Source: Elusimicrobiales bacterium (lineage in GTDB: Bacteria > Elusimicrobiota > Elusimicrobia > Elusimicrobiales > UBA9959). Taken from it: DNA of 53,784 nt. Under the pieces are notes generated by a model. It saw nothing but the letters and a program-made list of their open reading frames with translations, searched no databases and was not told where the DNA came from. Made by a program: the position numbers and the translations under genes. Shown one piece after another: positions 48,734-53,784 of the stretch. The stretch lies in the NCBI GenBank assembly GCA_049972095.1, contig JBMFKQ010000006.1, positions 1 to 53,784 on the forward strand, read 5' to 3'. Numbering within the stretch: position 1 is the stretch's first letter; each line of letters starts with the position of its first letter.

Positions 48734-50074
48734 TTATTTTCTTTTGACCCTAAGTTTAAATCCATCAACCAAAACAACTACAACCTCTTCATCCTTTTTT
48801 ATAACACCACTTTCAGAAACACACTCCCATATCTCACCCTCAATAAGAGCCTTCCCTCCACTTTCATTTATCTCTGTAAAAGCCTTTCCTCTTGCACCTA
48901 TAAGCGATTCAACCCCTGTTGCAACTCTTCTCATCTGTGCTCTTATGACAAAATAACCAACAACAAGAACTACAGCAATAAGTCCAAGAATGTTTACTGT
49001 AAGAAAACTCATATCCACTCCTACACCACTTATGTTTGCGGAGGATTTAAAAAGTATTGTTCCTCCAAGAAATATAGAAACAGCAGCAGCAAAAGTAAGA
49101 AGGCCATAGCTCATAACCTTTATCTCAGCTATAAGAAACACCAAACCAAGAATTATCAGTAAAACACCTGCAAAATTTGCACTGAGCGTCTGAAATGCGT
49201 AAAGCCCTATAACAAGCGACATGGCCCCGACCACACCCGGAAGCACAAGCCCCGGGTTATAAAGCTCTATGAATATACCTATTGCTCCTATACTCATAAG
49301 AAGCATTGCTATATTTGGATCGGTTATGGTTGAAAGAAATTTCTGTCTTTTTGTCTGTTCAAAATAAACAAATGATTCAACAGAGTCTGTTAGAAGAACT
49401 CCAAAGTTTTCAATCCGATGATTATGAAGCTGCTTTAAAAGATCCTTTTCATCCTCAGCAATGAACTCAATGACACGGTATTTAAGAGCCTCCAAAGCAG
49501 TTATTGAGTCACTTTTGGTAACGGCATTTACAGCCCAATCAGTATTTCTGTTTTTATACTGGCATATTGACTTAATATAAGCTTTTGCATCATTTAGCAC
49601 CTTATCTTCCATTGCAGATTTATTCTTATCCTTATCTCTGGCCCTCTTCCCTGCCAAATCTATATCCCCACCAAGCATAATAGGATGAGCCGCTCCAATA
49701 TTTGTTGAGGGGCTCATTGCAGCAATATGTGATGCAACTGTTATAAAAACGCCAGCAGAGGCTGCTCGCCCACCTTTTGGATAAACAAGCACAGCAACAG
49801 GTTTTTTTGATGAAAGCATCTTTTTAACTATATTTCTCATAGCACTTTCAAGACCACCTGGTGTATCAAGTCTTATGACAAGAAGATCAAAATTTTCAGA
49901 ATTAAGTTTATCAATAGCCATTGAAATATACTCATCAGCAACAGGTATTATAATACCGGAGTATGTTGCAACAAGAACATTTTTAATACGATATTCAGCA
50001 CCAACATTATTCGGATCTTTAAGATTTGCTGCCAAGCTTACTAAAAAAGACAAAATAGTCAATGTTTTAAACAT
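48734..50074 (-). CDS. nfeD: NfeD family membrane-bound serine protease (long form)
   Basis: LDTPGG, AASAG and IGAAHP motifs; TM block; C-terminal OB-fold GEIW. Confidence 0.88.
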   Translation of the reverse strand: MFKTLTILSFLVSLAANLKDPNNVGAEYRIKNVLVATYSGIIIPVADEYISMAIDKLNSENFDLLVIRLDTPGGLESAMRNIVKKMLSSKKPVAVLVYPKGGRAASAGVFITVASHIAAMSPSTNIGAAHPIMLGGDIDLAGKRARDKDKNKSAMEDKVLNDAKAYIKSICQYKNRNTDWAVNAVTKSDSITALEALKYRVIEFIAEDEKDLLKQLHNHRIENFGVLLTDSVESFVYFEQTKRQKFLSTITDPNIAMLLMSIGAIGIFIELYNPGLVLPGVVGAMSLVIGLYAFQTLSANFAGVLLIILGLVFLIAEIKVMSYGLLTFAAAVSIFLGGTILFKSSANISGVGVDMSFLTVNILGLIAVVLVVGYFVIRAQMRRVATGVESLIGARGKAFTEINESGGKALIEGEIWECVSESGVIKKDEEVVVVLVDGFKLRVKRK

Positions 50075-50112
50075 AAACACCTCTATTTAAATTATACATC
50101 TTTAAAAAAACC

Positions 50113-52437
50113 CTAAAACAGATTGCCTATTGTGAAGTATATATCAGATTTGTTTTCTTGCGGTTTGTGATTGAATCCATAACCCCAGTCAAGCCTAATT
50201 GGAAATGCAGGTGTTGTGAATCTTATACCAAATCCTGCACCAGTTTTGAGATATTTTTGAGGTGATCCTATTTTGAAAGAAATATCATCAAAGCTACGCC
50301 AAGAGTTTCCTATATCAATAAAAAAAGCCCACTGAACCACAGTCCTTTTTTTCTCTCTTGCAAGTGGAAACTTAAACTCAAAATTTGAAACATAATAAAC
50401 CTTACCTCCCTCAAGAGGTCCAACCTGACCATTTGGGTTATATCCCCTCAAACTATCAGCACCTCCAAGAAAAAATCTTTCATATACAGGAACATCATCA
50501 GAGTCAGAAAATTCCTTAACCCATCCAAATCTATTTGCAACAGAAAAAACAAATGGCCAACCACCTATTGAAAAAAGTTTTTTGTTATAAGAGTGTGAGA
50601 TAGTTGGTTTATAGATATTCACATCACCACCAAAAAGTCCTCCAAAAACCTCTATACCGACACTGAATCTTGTGCCGGATGTTGGATCCCATATGTAATC
50701 GCGTGTATCCCTTGAAAACTCAATAGATACAAATGATTGGATGCTTGTTCCTTCAGCTATCTCTTGTGTATATATACTGTTAACATCATAAACCCTTATC
50801 CTCTCATAAGAATAGCCAAATCTTAAGGCATACTTATCATCCTCAAATCTTGGTGATACAAAAAAACTTCCACCGCTTCTTCTTTCTGTGTAGGCTGAGT
50901 AGGTTGTGGAGTAGCTTCTGTATCTTCTATTATTAAAAAGAGAGAAACCTAAAGATGCGGGTTTATCGTATATCCATGGAATAGTCCAGTTAAAAGAATA
51001 ATCCTGAACTCTTTTTCCAAAATTCCAATTAACTGATATCTTGTTTGCAAGACCAAACATATTCATATGAGATAAACTCATCATACCCATAATTCCGTCT
51101 TTTGACGACATACCTGCTCCAGCTGTAAGCATACCAGGCTTTCCCTCAGTTATATCAAAGGCAAGGTCAACCTCATCGGATATCTCAGTTGGGTTTATCA
51201 TCATATCTATATTTTCTATAAAGCCAAGGTTGTATATCTTCTCTTGACTTCTTCTGACCTTTGAGAGACTGAATAAACGACAGCTTCTATCAAGATGTTT
51301 TAAACTGCAATACTCTTCATCTTTTTGAACCATCTCTCGTTTAAAAACCTTTGTTTTTGTTAATTTACTCCCTTCAATATATATATTCCTCACATAAAAC
51401 GGATAATTTTCAATAATTGTAAAACGAAGATCAACATAATCATCCCTGAATACAGCTGATGTTGAAACAAGAACATTTAAATAACCTCTATCAGCATAAA
51501 GCTCTTGAATCCCCTTGATGGTGTTTAGAAGCTTTTCCTCACTAAATTTCTCACCTTTAGTAAAATCAACAGCATTCTCAATTTTTTTAAAATCATCTTT
51601 AGATGAAAAAAGATAAGCTCCTACAAACTCATATCTTCCAAATCTGTATTTTTTCCCTTTGAAAACCTCAATCTTAATAAAAGCATTCCCCACATCTGAT
51701 ATAACATAAGTTGATGATATGACTTTAAACTCCACAAAACCCTCATTCCTATAATAATTTTCTATCTCCTTAATATCCTTTTCAAATTCAGCTTCCGTAA
51801 ATACCTTTTTAGGTCTATTCTTCATCATCTTAACAATCTTTTTCTTCTCCTTCTCATTCTCTATACCTTCTATATCAACCTTCTTAACCTTAACCTGATT
51901 ACCCTCTTTTATTCTAAGATCAATAGTAGCCATGTTTGTTGAACTATCCACACTCACATTCCAATCAACAAACGCAAAGATATATCCCTTTTCTTTGTAT
52001 TTTTCGTAAAGTTTTTCAATACCCTGTCTTATTTTTAGCTCATCATAAAAATCCCCTTCATCAATAGAAATCTCACTTTTTACTAAGGACCTTGAAAGCT
52101 TTTTATTCCCATCTATTTTAATCTTTTTTATATAGGGTTTTTCAGTTATAGTATATATCACTCTAACAGCCAGCGTAGATGATGAAACCTCAGAAATAGG
52201 CTCTATCTCAATTGAAACTTTATCCACACTCCCAAGGTTCATCAAATTCTCTATATCAGATCTTTTATCCTCATCATAATAAAGTTTATTTTTCTTTGCC
52301 CTTATAGTCTTAAGTATCAGTCTTTCTTTTACATTTTTCAAACCATAAACCTTTATATCAGAGACAAACCATTGTTGACAAAACAGAGGAAGAGTAAAAA
52401 CTACGCAAATAAAAAATATTAATATCTTCCTATGCAT
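50113..52437 (-). CDS. bamA: Outer membrane protein assembly factor BamA
   Basis: POTRA repeats, FFLGG..SLRGY, GFGIRF and terminal Phe. Confidence 0.92.
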   Translation of the reverse strand: MHRKILIFFICVVFTLPLFCQQWFVSDIKVYGLKNVKERLILKTIRAKKNKLYYDEDKRSDIENLMNLGSVDKVSIEIEPISEVSSSTLAVRVIYTITEKPYIKKIKIDGNKKLSRSLVKSEISIDEGDFYDELKIRQGIEKLYEKYKEKGYIFAFVDWNVSVDSSTNMATIDLRIKEGNQVKVKKVDIEGIENEKEKKKIVKMMKNRPKKVFTEAEFEKDIKEIENYYRNEGFVEFKVISSTYVISDVGNAFIKIEVFKGKKYRFGRYEFVGAYLFSSKDDFKKIENAVDFTKGEKFSEEKLLNTIKGIQELYADRGYLNVLVSTSAVFRDDYVDLRFTIIENYPFYVRNIYIEGSKLTKTKVFKREMVQKDEEYCSLKHLDRSCRLFSLSKVRRSQEKIYNLGFIENIDMMINPTEISDEVDLAFDITEGKPGMLTAGAGMSSKDGIMGMMSLSHMNMFGLANKISVNWNFGKRVQDYSFNWTIPWIYDKPASLGFSLFNNRRYRSYSTTYSAYTERRSGGSFFVSPRFEDDKYALRFGYSYERIRVYDVNSIYTQEIAEGTSIQSFVSIEFSRDTRDYIWDPTSGTRFSVGIEVFGGLFGGDVNIYKPTISHSYNKKLFSIGGWPFVFSVANRFGWVKEFSDSDDVPVYERFFLGGADSLRGYNPNGQVGPLEGGKVYYVSNFEFKFPLAREKKRTVVQWAFFIDIGNSWRSFDDISFKIGSPQKYLKTGAGFGIRFTTPAFPIRLDWGYGFNHKPQENKSDIYFTIGNLF

Positions 52438-52564
52438 ATATTTTCAGCTTTTCTGAGTATTTTGGTCTAATCCTTAAATATATTATCCTCAATAGATAAA
52501 AAACTAACTGTGCTGTTAAATCACAGCAGTACATTGCTGTTCTGTAGAAAAAAATATTATACAT

Positions 52565-52588
52565 AAAATAAAAAGGGCTCGCCCTTTT
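52565..52588 (-). terminator. Candidate intrinsic terminator after the SWIB gene
   Basis: AAAAGGGC-TC-GCCCTTTT hairpin, followed on the minus strand by a T-rich tail. Confidence 0.4.
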
Positions 52589-52656
52589 CCCCCAAAGGAA
52601 ATAAAAATCCTTTTTGGAGTTCGAGGGCATAGCCCTCGAAGATGCTTGACTATCTC

Positions 52657-52926
52657 TCAGTTTGTTGAGATGTGTTTATTAACTGCCTTTGCTATATCAA
52701 ACATGCTTACCTGTTTCTTCCCGTTGAAAAGCTTTGCAAGCTTTTCATCGGTGTTGATCATCCTTTTGTTATTTTTATCCTGAAGACCGTTCTTCTTGAT
52801 GTAATCCCATATTTTTTTTGTTATTTGTGTTCTTGGAAGTGGTTTCGACCCAACTACCTCTGCAAGAACAGTATCAGGTGTTACCGGTGCCATGAATTTA
52901 GTATTCGTTTTTTTCTTTGTCGGCAT
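52657..52926 (-). CDS. Stand-alone SWIB/MDM2-domain protein
   Basis: LAEVVG...PRTQITKKIWDYIKKNGLQD..NKRMIN.DEKL pattern. Confidence 0.9.
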   Translation of the reverse strand: MPTKKKTNTKFMAPVTPDTVLAEVVGSKPLPRTQITKKIWDYIKKNGLQDKNNKRMINTDEKLAKLFNGKKQVSMFDIAKAVNKHISTN

Positions 52927-52958
52927 AATTTCCTCCTATAAAAATAATCTCCTATACA

Positions 52959-52987
52959 ATGATATTAATTATTTCTTAGTTTGTCAA
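52959..52987 (-). promoter_or_regulatory. sigma70-type promoter of the SWIB gene
   Basis: TTGACA-N17-TATCAT on the minus strand. Confidence 0.7.
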
Positions 52988-53166
52988 TACTTTGTAAGAT
53001 CTAGATACATCTCTTGCATGCTGAACGCGCAGCACAAGTAGACATCAGGAAAATTATCAGACAGGAGTATGAACTTTAGCTTAAAACTTTTACAAAATAA
53101 TTATCTGGGATATATAGTATTAGACATTTACTTTTTATCTAACTCAATCATTAAAAAAACAAACCT

Positions 53167-53358
53167 TCATGCAGGCTTAATAACCCTACCAGATTTGATG
53201 CAGTTTGTGCAGACATAAGCTGTAAGTGTTTTGCCATTAAGCACAATCCTTTGCTTGTGAAGATTGGGCTTAAATCTTCTTAATGTTGATTTGTTTGAAT
53301 GTGAATAACTCCTTCCACTTTTTGATGACTTTCCACATATTTCACATCTGTATGCCAT
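53167..53358 (-). CDS. rpmB: 50S ribosomal protein L28 (Zn-binding form)
   Basis: CEICGK...SHSN..TLRRFKPNL...VCTNC. Confidence 0.93.
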   Translation of the reverse strand: MAYRCEICGKSSKSGRSYSHSNKSTLRRFKPNLHKQRIVLNGKTLTAYVCTNCIKSGRVIKPA

Positions 53359-53365
53359 AATATTT

Positions 53366-53394
53366 ATTATACATTTTTTTTAAACCACTTACAA
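53366..53394 (-). promoter_or_regulatory. rpmB promoter, probably leaderless
   Basis: TTGTAA-N17-TATAAT, 7 nt before the ATG, with no SD. Confidence 0.65.
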
Positions 53395-53399
53395 AAACT

Positions 53400-53784
53400 C
53401 GCGTTGGACAATAAGTTTTGTCTCCGAAAGAATAATTGTTGGATAAAAAGTAATGTCTCCAAAAAAATACCTTCTGATATACTATATATCGGGAGGTGTT
53501 TATGCTGGAGGTATTTGAGATGGAATTAATAAGAAGACAAATAGATAAATACATAAACTCAACTAAGCTTGAGAAGAAAAAGATAATTGATGAGTACATC
53601 ATGTTGACAAAAGTTAAGCGTAAGACAGCTATAAAGCGTTTTAACAGGTTTATAAAACTTGACAGATTAAGCAAATCTAAGACGGTAGTAATAAATCAGG
53701 GCAGGCCTGTTAAATACACAAGTTTAGAGAAAGAATTGTTTTTAAAGATATACAATCTTAGCGGCAATATATGTGCTGAGAGGT
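53400..53784 (+). mobile_element. Left part of an IS with terminal inverted repeat
   Basis: Inverted match to 301-365, followed by an SD and a transposase-like ORF. Confidence 0.8.
53502..53784 (+). CDS. IS transposase 5' fragment, cut by window edge
   Basis: GGAGGT SD. MLEVFEMELIRRQIDKYINSTKLEKKKIIDEYIMLTKVKRKTAIKRFN...GRPVKY...ICAER stays open to the window end. The KxxIxDE...RKxAI...GRPxKY...IC pattern fits integrase-domain IS transposases. Confidence 0.75.
   Translation, partial: MLEVFEMELIRRQIDKYINSTKLEKKKIIDEYIMLTKVKRKTAIKRFNRFIKLDRLSKSKTVVINQGRPVKYTSLEKELFLKIYNLSGNICAER

Noticed and set aside
53342..53674. 110-aa minus-strand ORF
   Set aside because: Antisense to the transposase start, and it crosses the IS end and rpmB promoter.
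1..53784. Whole window as a composite transposon or circular element
   Set aside because: The content is essential chromosomal genes and no shared target duplication is visible. Assembly breaks at IS copies are the simpler explanation.
1..53784. CRISPR array, cas genes, rRNA, and the many short antisense ORFs in the track
   Set aside because: No repeat-spacer periodicity, Cas motifs or rRNA signatures were seen. The short ORFs lie opposite or within well-supported genes.

Overview
AT-rich chromosomal segment from a diderm (Gram-negative) bacterium, shown by lpxB, msbA and bamA. An Elusimicrobiota-like origin is my impression only and was not tested. Most of the window is housekeeping: rnhA, rnpB, suhB, pyrB, rel, msbA, lpxB, nadA, xerD, recA, gpmI, nifS/nifU, rlmD, pckA, ychF, dapB, clpC, bamA, rpmB and two tRNAs. 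Both ends stop inside what look like copies of one insertion sequence: a transposase C-terminus plus right end at 1-365, and a left end plus N-terminus at about 53400-53784. The best candidate for an undescribed system is a compact RiPP-like cluster at 21887-23650. It encodes a PqqD/RRE protein, a 45-aa Cys-containing precursor missing from the ORF track (22131-22268), an S24/S26-type peptidase and a radical SAM/SPASM enzyme. Other points of interest are an RNase P RNA with a compensated P4 variant and apparently no P18, and two clostripain paralogues sharing an upstream palindromic box. The window also has a signal-peptide-bearing TldD/TldE pair, a Rel lacking its C-terminal regulatory domains, repeated leaderless promoters, and a frameshifted repeat-containing gene. 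All family calls come from reading motifs by eye; no database searches were run.
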